A DNA stretch of 57,991 nt from Acidobacteriota bacterium (GTDB lineage Bacteria; Acidobacteriota; Vicinamibacteria; Vicinamibacterales; UBA2999): NCBI GenBank assembly GCA_046732795.1, contig JBKPNV010000113.1, forward strand, positions 1-57,991, read 5' to 3'. Within the stretch, counting starts at the first letter, position 1, and every line of letters starts with the position of its first letter. The notes below the pieces were generated by a model, which ran no database searches, had not been told where the DNA came from, and saw only the letters and a program-made list of their open reading frames with translations. This document shows, in pieces, positions 9,262-18,236 of the stretch. The translations under genes and the position numbers were made by a program.

Positions 9262-9834
9262 ATGGGACGCCGAACAGAAATGCCCGAGGGTACTCACTTG
9301 GTTACTGCCGAGGAATTCGAACGATTCCCGCACGACCCTCCATACAATCGCTTCGAGCTCGTGGAAGGCCGGGTCATCCCCTTGAGCCCGGTCAGTTTCG
9401 AACACGGTAGGGTTGTGATGCGACTAGGTTTGCTCCTGGGGCGCCATTTGGAGCAGCACCCCGTAGGCACGATCGGTGCTGACGTCGGCTTCAAGCTCGC
9501 ATCCAATCCGGACACGGTGCGAGGACCCGACATCGCCTTCCTACGGAAAGAGCGAGTGCCGACGGCGCGGGGGCGCGGGTTCTACACCGGACCGCCCGAT
9601 CTGGCCATCGAGGTCTTGTCGCCCGACGATCGGCCGGGGGAAGTACGAGCCAAGACAGAGGAATACCTGGCCACGGGTGTACCCGTCGTAGTCATCGTCG
9701 ATCCTGAGGAGAGGACGGCGACGACGTTTCGACCAGGCTTCGCACCGGTTGCGTTGGCTGCGCCAAACGACGTCCTCGATTTGAGCGACGCCATCACCGG
9801 CTTCCGCTGTCCCCTCCACGAAATCTTCCGATAG
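9262..9834 (+). CDS. Uma2 family (DUF820) PD-(D/E)xK endonuclease
   Basis: FELVEGRVIPLSP...GPDIAF...PPDLAIEVLSP...K..EY...GV pattern. Confidence 0.85.
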   Translation: MGRRTEMPEGTHLVTAEEFERFPHDPPYNRFELVEGRVIPLSPVSFEHGRVVMRLGLLLGRHLEQHPVGTIGADVGFKLASNPDTVRGPDIAFLRKERVPTARGRGFYTGPPDLAIEVLSPDDRPGEVRAKTEEYLATGVPVVVIVDPEERTATTFRPGFAPVALAAPNDVLDLSDAITGFRCPLHEIFR

Positions 9835-9883
9835 TCGCGCTGGCCGTTCTCACCGCGCGCACAACTGGAACACAATCGCAGTC

Positions 9884-10783
9884 GTGAGCCCGTCGTTCCC
9901 TGAGTGGGTCGTCCCCATGGCGGCGACCCTGACCGACAAACGCTTCGCCGGCCCGGAATGGATCTTCGAGCGCAAGCTCGATGGTATCCGCCTGCTCGCA
10001 TTCAAGAAGGGCCGCAAGGTCGAGTTGTTCTCGCGCAACCGGCTGCCGCAGCACAATCCCTCGATTGCCGCGGCCATCGCTGACCTCCCGGCGCGTGAGC
10101 TGATCCTCGACGGTGAGGTCACCGGTGTCTGGGGACCGGCCTCTACGCGCGAGGCTGACAGACCGCGCGGGTTCGCCTATCACGTGTTCGACATCATGTG
10201 GATTGACGGGCGCGATGTGATGACGCTTCCGCTCGACGAGCGTCGCGATCTGTTGAAGTCACTGCCGCTTCGCGCTCCGCTGCGCCGCGTCGCGGCGCTG
10301 GACGAGGAGAAGCCATGGGAGCGCGCGTGCGAGGAAGGGTGGGAAGGCGTCATCGCCAAGCGCCGTGACTCCGTCTACGAACATCGACGATCGCCGCATT
10401 GGCTCAAGATGAAGTGCGAAGCCAGCCAGGAGCTGGTTGTCGGCGGATTCACGGACCCGCAAGGCGGGCGTGTCGGGTTGGGTGCATTGCTGGTTGGTTA
10501 CTTCGAAAGAGATGATTTCGTATTTGCCGGCAAGGTCGGAACAGGCTTCGACACGAAGCTGCTGCTCGACCTGCGCGCCAAACTCGATCGTCTCGAGATC
10601 GAGAAGCCTCCATTCACCAGAGCGACGGGCTTGCCGCGGCTGCGAGCGCATTGGGTGCGTCCCCAGATCGTCGTGCAGGTCGCGTTCACGGAATGGACGG
10701 TGCACGACAAGCTTCGCCATCCGCATCTCCTGGGTGTGCGCACCGACAAGACGGCCCGCGAAGTGGTGAGGGAGCGGCCGTGA
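9884..10783 (+). CDS. ligD: ATP-dependent DNA ligase, LigD ligase domain
   Basis: Adenylation motif I ERKLDGIR, EGVIAKR and HWLKMK motifs, and an OB-fold C-terminus. Confidence 0.9.
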   Translation: MSPSFPEWVVPMAATLTDKRFAGPEWIFERKLDGIRLLAFKKGRKVELFSRNRLPQHNPSIAAAIADLPARELILDGEVTGVWGPASTREADRPRGFAYHVFDIMWIDGRDVMTLPLDERRDLLKSLPLRAPLRRVAALDEEKPWERACEEGWEGVIAKRRDSVYEHRRSPHWLKMKCEASQELVVGGFTDPQGGRVGLGALLVGYFERDDFVFAGKVGTGFDTKLLLDLRAKLDRLEIEKPPFTRATGLPRLRAHWVRPQIVVQVAFTEWTVHDKLRHPHLLGVRTDKTAREVVRERP

Positions 10784-11655
10784 TCACACATCCAGACAAA
10801 GTGCTCTTCCCCGATGATGGCATCACGAAAGGTGCGCTGGCGGCGTACTACCAGGCAATCGCGTCGATCATGCTGCCGCACATCCGCGGCCGTCCTGTCA
10901 CCATGGAGCGCTACCCTTCCGGGATCGGACGGAAGGGGTTCATTCAGAAGGATGTGTCCAAGGGATTTCCTGCCTGGCTCGAGCGCGTCGAGGTGCCGAA
11001 AAAGGACGGGACGGTTCACCACCCGCTCGCTGAAGACGCCCGTTCGCTGTTGTGGCTCGCCAATCAGAATTGCATCACGCCACACGTGTGGACCTCGCGC
11101 GCACCCGATCTCTATCACCCGGATATCTGTGTGTTCGATCTCGACCCGTCCCGGGATGATCCGGATGCCCTTCGTAGCGCTGCCCTCGCGCTGCGCGACC
11201 TGCTCGACGAGCTCGGCCTTCAAAGCTGGGTCAAGACGTCCGGCTCGAAAGGCTTTCATATCGTCGTCCCACTCGACACCAAGGCCGACTTCGGCGCGGT
11301 CCATCGATTCGCACACACCGTCGGCACCGTGCTCGTCTCGCGCCATCCGACACGCCTGACGCAGGAGTTCAGCAAATCCGATCGCGGCGGGCGCATCCTC
11401 GTCGACACGGGCCGCAACGGTTACAGTGCGACATTCGCGGCTCCCTACGCCGTCCGCGCCAAAGCGGGTGCGCCGATATCTGCGCCGTGCACATGGGCGG
11501 AAGTGGAGGAGGGAAAGGTCCATCCTCAGACGTTCACGATGCGGACGATCGCGGATCGCATCGACGCTGTCGGTGACCTGTGGTCGGATATGCGCAAGCG
11601 CCGATATTCGATTGTCAGCAGGACAGCGAAACTCACTGCTTCCAAATCACGGTAG
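10780..11655 (+). CDS. ligD: LigD polymerase/primase (AEP) domain protein
   Basis: The GTG at 10780 overlaps the ligase stop (GTGA). Supporting motifs are ITHPDKVLFP, VFDLDPS and WVKTSGSKGFHIVVPL. Confidence 0.9.
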   Translation: MITHPDKVLFPDDGITKGALAAYYQAIASIMLPHIRGRPVTMERYPSGIGRKGFIQKDVSKGFPAWLERVEVPKKDGTVHHPLAEDARSLLWLANQNCITPHVWTSRAPDLYHPDICVFDLDPSRDDPDALRSAALALRDLLDELGLQSWVKTSGSKGFHIVVPLDTKADFGAVHRFAHTVGTVLVSRHPTRLTQEFSKSDRGGRILVDTGRNGYSATFAAPYAVRAKAGAPISAPCTWAEVEEGKVHPQTFTMRTIADRIDAVGDLWSDMRKRRYSIVSRTAKLTASKSR

Positions 11656-11696
11656 TTGTGAAAAACTGGAAAGGGGTCTGACCCCACTTCAGGAGC

Positions 11697-12332
11697 GTGG
11701 ATATGCCGTCGTTCAATCACCTCGTGACCAACGAGCAGGATCTTCGAGCGGTCATTGGCGTCCCGAGCCCTCGCTCGGTGTTGAAGGAGCGCCGTGCGCT
11801 CGACGAGCACACACGTGCGTTCATCGCGCGCTCGCCGTTTCTTCTGATGGCCACATCAGATGCGAACGGACGATGTGATGTGTCGCCCAAGGGCGACGGC
11901 CCGGGTTTCGTTCAGGTGCTCGACGACCAGCGAATCGTGATTCCCGAGCGCCCAGGCAACAAGCGCCTCGACGGCATGCTCAACATCCTGGTGAATCCGC
12001 ATGTCGGCCTGATCTTCCTGGTGCCCGGCCGGCAGGAGACACTCCGGGCCAATGGCAGGGCGTGGATTACGCGCGATCCTCAATTGCTCGAACCCTGTGT
12101 CGCGCACGGGAAAGTTCCGCTGGTCGCCATCGCGGTCGAAATCGAGCAGTGCTTCCTGCATTGCCCGAAAGCGTTCGTTCGTTCACGTCTCTGGCACACG
12201 GACGCCTGGCCTGCCGCTGATTCGCTGCCGTCGATGGCATGCGTGCTGTTCGATCAGATCAAACCAGCCGACGCGACGCTCGAGGACTACGAGCGCTCGG
12301 TCGAGGAAGGCATCACCAAGGGCCTGTACTAG
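11697..12332 (+). CDS. pyridoxamine 5-phosphate oxidase (PPOX) family FMN-binding protein, MSMEG_1061-like
   Basis: FLLMATSDANGRCDVSPKGDGPGFV...ERPGNKRLDGMLNIL.NP.VGLIFLVPG..ETLR.NG. Confidence 0.85.
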   Translation: MDMPSFNHLVTNEQDLRAVIGVPSPRSVLKERRALDEHTRAFIARSPFLLMATSDANGRCDVSPKGDGPGFVQVLDDQRIVIPERPGNKRLDGMLNILVNPHVGLIFLVPGRQETLRANGRAWITRDPQLLEPCVAHGKVPLVAIAVEIEQCFLHCPKAFVRSRLWHTDAWPAADSLPSMACVLFDQIKPADATLEDYERSVEEGITKGLY

Positions 12333-13759
12333 TGAGAGGTCTTCTTGCTGCTCTGCTGCTGTTCACCGCGGCGGCATGCGCGGCGCGCGTACCGCCGCCA
12401 GCGCCATCGCTGCCGCCAGCCCTCGAATTCGACGCCGGTGTCGATGGCCTGATTCGACGTGGCTGCTATCGATGCCTGGAGAAGGCGTTCGAGCAGGCGC
12501 AACAGTCGGGCGCTCGAGGGCAGGCATTCGAAGCGGCTGCACTCCTCACGCTCCGGTCCAAAGAACTGGGCCTGCCGAGCGATCGCTGGCTCGATCGGAC
12601 GCGCGCGCTCGCCGGCGCAGACGCGTCGCTCACCGCATATGTGGACATGGTCGATGTGGTTCCACCGGATCGCCTCAGCGAAAACCGCGACGCGCTCTTC
12701 GACATCGGCCGCCGCAATCGCGCGAAAGGCTCGATCGAAGCCTGGCGTGAGCGCCTTCGCGACGGCCCCGGCTCCGACGCGTTTCGCAGTTATCTCGACG
12801 TCTCGCTCATCTGTGCATTCGGAACACTCAAGGAAACGCCCGAGAGCTTCTCGGGCCCGGTCGCTCCGGCCGCCACCACTCCGCTCTTTCAGTATGCGCT
12901 CGGCGCCTGTGACGTGACTCACCGCGCTCGACTGATCGCGCTGCGCGCGTCAGAGCCGGACTTCGCCGACGCTGACTATCCGTTGGGCCGCTACGCCCTC
13001 GAAGATCCCGTGAATCCCGATGCCGAGGAGAGCCTGCGGCGATTCGAGTCCGCATCGCACGCGTTTCCCCGATCGCCCGCGATCGCAACGCGCATCGGCA
13101 ACGTGTATCGAATCTGGGAGGATTGGCAACCGGCGCTCGCCGCCTACGACGCGGCACTTGGCGTCGCGCCGCATCATCCCGAGGCGACCATCGGCCGCGC
13201 CATCAGCCTCTCGCATCTCGAGCGATCCGACGAAGCGATCGAGACCACGACACGCTTGATCGATGGAGGGCAATGGCTGCTCGGCGAAGCGTACTACTGG
13301 CGCGGCTGGAACCAGCTGCGGCTGAACAACTTTCAGCTGGCGCGAGCAGACGTCGATCGAGCGCGGACGCTGATGTCGAATGCCGCTGTCATGGTCCTGT
13401 CCGGTGCGATCGAGTGGCGGCTCGGTCGCCTCGACAGCGCCGAGAAGGATTTCGAAGGCGCGCTGGCCATCGATCTCGGTGAGTGCGAGGCCGCCTTCGA
13501 TCTCGGGGTCGTCCGCGATCAACTGGGGAAGCTCGTCGAAGCGCTCGCGGCCTTCAAGCAGGCGGGGCAATGCTACGACCTCTCGATCACCCTACGACGC
13601 GAGGCAATCGGCAAGATTCGAAGCGGTAACGGCAGCGAAAGTCTGAAAGCGCGCGACGCGGCGCGTCACGAGCGGACCCTCGTCGATCTGGTCGAACGCC
13701 GTCGCGAGGTCACACGCGTCATCGACGCAATCGAAAAGGCTGGACCGTCATTTCAGTGA
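12332..13759 (+). CDS. TPR-repeat lipoprotein
   Basis: The GTG at 12332 overlaps the PPOX stop. The lipobox-like N-terminus is VRGLLAALLLFTAAAC. TPR-like helical repeats are present (AYDAALGVAPHHPEATIGRAISL..., GEAYYWRGWN...). Confidence 0.7.
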   Translation: MRGLLAALLLFTAAACAARVPPPAPSLPPALEFDAGVDGLIRRGCYRCLEKAFEQAQQSGARGQAFEAAALLTLRSKELGLPSDRWLDRTRALAGADASLTAYVDMVDVVPPDRLSENRDALFDIGRRNRAKGSIEAWRERLRDGPGSDAFRSYLDVSLICAFGTLKETPESFSGPVAPAATTPLFQYALGACDVTHRARLIALRASEPDFADADYPLGRYALEDPVNPDAEESLRRFESASHAFPRSPAIATRIGNVYRIWEDWQPALAAYDAALGVAPHHPEATIGRAISLSHLERSDEAIETTTRLIDGGQWLLGEAYYWRGWNQLRLNNFQLARADVDRARTLMSNAAVMVLSGAIEWRLGRLDSAEKDFEGALAIDLGECEAAFDLGVVRDQLGKLVEALAAFKQAGQCYDLSITLRREAIGKIRSGNGSESLKARDAARHERTLVDLVERRREVTRVIDAIEKAGPSFQ

Positions 13760-15931
13760 CCCGGCGCGCGCGTCGAGGCGGGATCCGATGTCGCGAACGA
13801 TGCGATAGCGAACGACGCCGCGAACGATGGTGGCAACGGATTGAACGACCGCGGCCAGCATCGCCGCGACGATCCATCCGCGGGCGCCGAGTATCGCGCC
13901 CGTGACGGCAGCCGCGGTCCACGCGAATCCGGCAGCCGTCCACGAAATCTGAAACCGCATCACCGGATCGGCCCAGCTCCGCTCGTGTCCAGCGTGCCGG
14001 ACGGCTCGCCACAGCCGGCCGATTGCCTGTCCTCCCAGCAGCAGGCTCAATCCCGGAACGGCGGCTCGGCACAGCAGCCACATGCGTGACTCGAGGTCCA
14101 CGATCCGCAAACGACGAGCGTTGCGGTGCGCGCTCCCCAACCAGAGAAGGAATGCACACCACGCCGGAACAGATGCGCCAACCAGCGCGATCGTGAGTCC
14201 AAAGGGTGCAGAGGGATCCGTGTCTTCCGGGGAGAGCGCGATCGCGAACGCGATGATTCCGAACAGGGCGGCGGCTGCGACTTGCACGATCGCCAGCACG
14301 GTCGCGGTCGCACGCAGAGCCGGCGCCCGGCGGTAGCCACCCTCCTGGCCGGCAACGCCATGCAGCCGCGCAAACAGCGCCTCATCGACCAGCACCGCTG
14401 TTCCGCTGCCGCTGCCCGGGTTCGTCCGTCGCGAAGTAAATGCGGTGCGCGCACGTTCAGAGCGTAATCCTGCAGTACTGACCGAGCCGTCGATCCAGTG
14501 AAGTGAGCGTATGTAATGCCCTAGCGCGGTTCCGGTCGGCGGTGCTTCCATGACGAACGGCAGGACCGGTGCCGCGCCAGCCAGCGCACATCGGACGAGC
14601 TCGGTGATTGGCGCTGAAGAATGACTCGCTCTCGAGACAACGACGAGGACCGCGTCGAAACCGGCCAGCTGGTGTGCGGAGAGCGTAGTGCCCGGTGTTG
14701 GAATGAGCGTCCAACAGCGGCATCGGAGATCCTCGAGCGCCTTTGCGACATTCCGTGCGATTGCTTCGTCTGCCGCGGCGGAGATGACGAGAACCTCCGA
14801 GTCGATGGCGGTCGTTGCCGCCCTAACAGGCTGGACGCTCGAGCCGGCGGAAGACGATGACGGTTCCGGTGCGCGGCGCGTGCGTCTCCGGACGCGATCG
14901 ATCAGTTGCGAGAGAACCACATACGTCAGAACGGCTGACACGATCTGACTCACGTCGAGCAGCACGCTCAGCACGACGATGACGCCCACGCTTTGCGAGA
15001 CCACCGCGATCAACCCGTCACGAAGGCCACCGATCGAATAGGCGCACAGAAAGGCCACCGCCCAATAGCGCGCGAGCATCCACCTCCGCGGCTCGATCGC
15101 GGCACCTGAATCGCTGTCATCCCGCAAGCCGCTCGCCATCTGGGCCAACCAGAATGCATTCGCAAACGGGACGAGGGGCCGCCACGCGATCTCGCTGCTG
15201 GTCGTCCTCACATGCGCAAAGACCGACAGCAGGTTGAGCCGCGCTCGGCGCAACATCAGGATGGCGCTGGCGGCGACGGTCCAGAGTCCGAACGCGGACG
15301 CATACCTCATCGCGCCGAAGTAATCTTCGGCCGTCGCCGCGGAGCTCGGTTCTCCCAGGAGCCACGCCATCACATAGCTTCCATCGCGATACAGGGCATA
15401 CGCATTGAGGCCGGCCGAGATCGCCATCAGGACTGCCACACCGCGCTGCACACCTCCGGGGTCGCGATATGTTGCTCGCGAGTAGCGGGAAGGAGTGGAG
15501 ACCCCTCTTTTGGGCGCGGGCGTGGACTCGGTCAACGCCCGCCGCGCCGCGTCAACCAGGATGTGAATCATCCGTTGACGGTCTTCGACGGACCACGCCG
15601 CGATCGGCGGAATGGCCTCGGTGAAATACGCGATCGAAGGAGACGGGCTCACGTCCTCGATGGCGTAGGTAATGATGGGAATGCCCCGGCCGGCCGCGCG
15701 TTCGAGCTCACGGACGACGTCAGGTGCGGTGTTGGCCGCGGTAGACAGCACGAACACAAGCGTGCGGCTGTTCTCGAGCGCTGAGAGCGTTTCAGCGACC
15801 GGCCGCTCCGAGACGCCCGAAAAACAACTGACGCCTGCCGCGATCAACGCCTGGGCCAGCTCCGTAGCGGCCGCTGAATTCTCGCGCGCCGCGGAGAGAT
15901 AGACGTCCACCACAGCGGTCTCGCGAGTCAT
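13748..15931 (-). CDS. membrane protein with two TIR-like domains, each followed by a 4-5 TM (DUF4328-like) block
   Basis: aa 7-110 and aa 378-480 align colinearly with the TIR of the upstream gene ((V/F)IS.A..D..IA...A.E...CW...PG...LV.S..S..S....E..RA...P..PF). Hydrophobic blocks lie at about 165-350 and 545-715. Confidence 0.8.
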   Translation of the reverse strand: MTRETAVVDVYLSAARENSAAATELAQALIAAGVSCFSGVSERPVAETLSALENSRTLVFVLSTAANTAPDVVRELERAAGRGIPIITYAIEDVSPSPSIAYFTEAIPPIAAWSVEDRQRMIHILVDAARRALTESTPAPKRGVSTPSRYSRATYRDPGGVQRGVAVLMAISAGLNAYALYRDGSYVMAWLLGEPSSAATAEDYFGAMRYASAFGLWTVAASAILMLRRARLNLLSVFAHVRTTSSEIAWRPLVPFANAFWLAQMASGLRDDSDSGAAIEPRRWMLARYWAVAFLCAYSIGGLRDGLIAVVSQSVGVIVVLSVLLDVSQIVSAVLTYVVLSQLIDRVRRRTRRAPEPSSSSAGSSVQPVRAATTAIDSEVLVISAAADEAIARNVAKALEDLRCRCWTLIPTPGTTLSAHQLAGFDAVLVVVSRASHSSAPITELVRCALAGAAPVLPFVMEAPPTGTALGHYIRSLHWIDGSVSTAGLRSERARTAFTSRRTNPGSGSGTAVLVDEALFARLHGVAGQEGGYRRAPALRATATVLAIVQVAAAALFGIIAFAIALSPEDTDPSAPFGLTIALVGASVPAWCAFLLWLGSAHRNARRLRIVDLESRMWLLCRAAVPGLSLLLGGQAIGRLWRAVRHAGHERSWADPVMRFQISWTAAGFAWTAAAVTGAILGARGWIVAAMLAAVVQSVATIVRGVVRYRIVRDIGSRLDARAGSLK

Positions 15932-17052
15932 ACCCTGCTGGCGCGGGCCGGCACGCGTCGAGTTCCAGCCACGAGCTCAGCCTCGCGGCGTCGCATGCGC
16001 TTCTCGAGCACGCGGACTGAGCACAGGCAGAGCACGCCGGCCAGCATCCACAAGACGTCAGTCACCAGCGCCAACGCTACGATCGCGTCGTCCGTCCATT
16101 TCTCGGCATCTCCCACTCTCGCCGTCACGATCGAGACCGGTATGAGCGCCACCGGCAGGAGCCACAGCAACATGAGCCATCGCGGAGCCACGGCCCTGGA
16201 GTTCGACGCCGGTTGCGATCCGAGCCGGGCGCTACCCTCCCACAGCGCCCCCACAACGGCGGCGCCTCCCGTGAATCGCAGGCCAGGCCACATGAACCGG
16301 GCAGCGACGCGACCCGCGCTGAATCGAACACCCTCGACGCCGGCGGCCTCGAGAGTCAGAAACGACGTCATCAGCCAGATCAGCCACACGAACGCCGATG
16401 GGACCAGCAGGATTAGCTGAAGCGCCGCCAACGCGAGCACACGCTCGGCCACATCCTGTTCCGCGAAGAGCGATCGCATGTAGACCGCATTCGCGTAGGC
16501 ATCGACATTCGCCACCAGATCGAAGAAGGCCATGACCAGCGAAATCCAGAGAAGGACAGTCATCCACGTCGCTGTCACGCGCCTGACGACAGCGGGCGAG
16601 CCGAGCCAGACCTGCTCTGCCCTTGGAATCGCGCGCGGCTCATCACCGCCGCCTTCCATGCGCGATTGAACGATCTCCGCCAGTATCCCAACCTGGGTTG
16701 GGAGATCGACAGACGAGGACGCCAGCCAGTCCAGCGTCCCGACGTTGAACAACAGGCCGCCGGCAGGGACGGTGTCATCTATGCGAAACGGAATGATGGG
16801 ATCGCCATCGCGCGCGGCACGTTCGACCTCGCGTCTCACCTGTGGCGATCGATTCGAGTGCTCCGAGAACACGAGCACGAGCGAGGTGCATTCCCCGATC
16901 GCGTCATACAACGCTTGAGCGTAGTCCTTGCCGGGTGTGATGTCGCGTGGAGCAATCCAACAGGGGACACCGCGGCCCTCAATCGCCTCGCATACCGCCT
17001 GGGCAATGTCGCGGTCCTCGCTTGCATGACTGATGAAAACGCGCCCTGCCAT
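15928..17052 (-). CDS. TIR domain protein with C-terminal 4-TM (DUF4328-like) domain
   Basis: RVFISHASEDRDIAQAVCEAIEGRGVPCWIAPRDITPGKDYAQALYDAI...LVLVFSEHSNRSPQVRREVERA...PIIPFRID matches the bacterial TIR_2 pattern, including the conserved Glu. Four TM helices follow. Its stop overlaps the next start (ATGA at 15928-15931). Confidence 0.85.
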   Translation of the reverse strand: MAGRVFISHASEDRDIAQAVCEAIEGRGVPCWIAPRDITPGKDYAQALYDAIGECTSLVLVFSEHSNRSPQVRREVERAARDGDPIIPFRIDDTVPAGGLLFNVGTLDWLASSSVDLPTQVGILAEIVQSRMEGGGDEPRAIPRAEQVWLGSPAVVRRVTATWMTVLLWISLVMAFFDLVANVDAYANAVYMRSLFAEQDVAERVLALAALQLILLVPSAFVWLIWLMTSFLTLEAAGVEGVRFSAGRVAARFMWPGLRFTGGAAVVGALWEGSARLGSQPASNSRAVAPRWLMLLWLLPVALIPVSIVTARVGDAEKWTDDAIVALALVTDVLWMLAGVLCLCSVRVLEKRMRRREAELVAGTRRVPARASRV

Positions 17053-17067
17053 CGACTTTTCCCGCCA

Positions 17068-17090
17068 GTAGGAGGAGGGTCTTCAGACCC
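17068..17090. repeat. REP-like hairpin, variant B (gtag-N-GGGTC ttca GACCC)
   Basis: Stem 17077-17081 pairs with 17086-17090. The same word occurs at 55071-55092. Confidence 0.6.
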
Positions 17091-17137
17091 GCCTTGAACC
17101 CGTTGCTGCCGGTAGGAGCATAGCCTGCCCTATTGAA

Positions 17138-17953
17138 TTAACGACAGAAGCCCCACACACCGACAGCGACGATGATTCCCAGGAGAGAGTCGACCAGATA
17201 GTGGTAACGGCCCAGGACGGTGGCTGCGACGATGGCCGCGGCGATGACGAGGAAGGCGACACCTGCCTGCGGCATGACCTCGACGACGGCCAGTGCCGTC
17301 GCAACGGCGCCGGCGGCATGACCACTCGGGATGGTGTTTGCCTGAATGCTGCCGCGATCGAGGATCGATGCGTTGACTCGCCGAAGAGCCGAGTGCGGGT
17401 GCCGCATGCCTGCGGCATCCTCGATCACTCGCGGGGGACGCGTCTGCAGCCAGGGCATCGCCCCATAAGCGATGAACTCCGAGAGCAGCACAACCACCCA
17501 GAAGCGCGGCAACGCGCTCGCGTGTCCGCCGATGACCAGGGCCGCGACGGCGGCGGGAATGACCGGGTACACAAGGACGTACGCCATCTCCAACCCCTCG
17601 CGCACAAATCGCGGGCTCGCTTCGTAAGCGGCAAAGATCCCGGGTTGTCGCAGCAGTTGCCGGTCCACACTCATCAGCCATGCTTCGACCTCGCGCATGG
17701 GGCGCACGAAGAACAAGCCTGACAGCCAGTACCCGACGAGCAGCATGAGAAGTGGAACGAGAATCGCGAACGCGAGTGCATTGACAGTCAGCCAGGGCCA
17801 CGCAAAAACCTGAACCCCCAGCACGACGCCGGAGGCCGCCGTGGCAGCAAGCGCGGGAACGCGCGCCCGGACGAAACGCGCGTCACAAAGCGCGACAATT
17901 AGCAGGTACGCGCAGTAGGCGCACGCGATCCATTCCCATCGCAGTGCGATCAC
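17138..17953 (-). CDS. PAP2 superfamily phosphatase (integral membrane)
   Basis: PSGH (IPSGHAAGAV) and RYHYLVD (SRx5Hx3D-type) motifs in a multi-TM protein. Confidence 0.8.
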   Translation of the reverse strand: MIALRWEWIACAYCAYLLIVALCDARFVRARVPALAATAASGVVLGVQVFAWPWLTVNALAFAILVPLLMLLVGYWLSGLFFVRPMREVEAWLMSVDRQLLRQPGIFAAYEASPRFVREGLEMAYVLVYPVIPAAVAALVIGGHASALPRFWVVVLLSEFIAYGAMPWLQTRPPRVIEDAAGMRHPHSALRRVNASILDRGSIQANTIPSGHAAGAVATALAVVEVMPQAGVAFLVIAAAIVAATVLGRYHYLVDSLLGIIVAVGVWGFCR

Positions 17954-18136
17954 GACAGTCGCGTCCCCTGAGACATAGACGAGGCTTCCAAGGATTTCGT
18001 CAGAGCGGTGCCATCGAGGAAGGTGTCAGATGGAAGGAAACCAGCTCAGCGCCTCATTTCCTCGCAATTTCGACAGCGTCGCGTGATCGGGTGTGGGCCA
18101 GCGCACAATAGAGGAAGCCGTGATCCGCCCGCGATT

Positions 18137-18160
18137 CGTAGTGTCCGGCTTTGGCCGGAC
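18137..18160. repeat. REP-like hairpin, variant A, reverse orientation (cgtagtGTCCGGCtttgGCCGGAC)
   Basis: 7-bp stem 18143-18149 / 18154-18160. Related copies lie at 18904, 19798 and 27608. Confidence 0.65.
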
Positions 18161-18236
18161 CGTGATCGATAGTGACCAACCAGCGGAAACGCCGTCGGTG
18201 CCGCGCCCTTCGATCAGTGGTTGGGTATACGTCGCG

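Noticed and set aside
9262-9834. Uma2 nuclease as evidence of a mobile element or restriction system
   Set aside because: There is no methyltransferase, transposase, integrase or terminal repeats nearby. Uma2 genes are abundant stand-alone genes.
10498-11523. 341-aa ORF on the minus strand
   Set aside because: It is antisense to the LigD polymerase-domain gene and has no motifs.
18093-18236. Longer start for the pyrophosphatase ORF
   Set aside because: It would translate the REP hairpin at 18137-18160 (VVSGFGRT). The ATG at 18237 is more plausible, though not proven.
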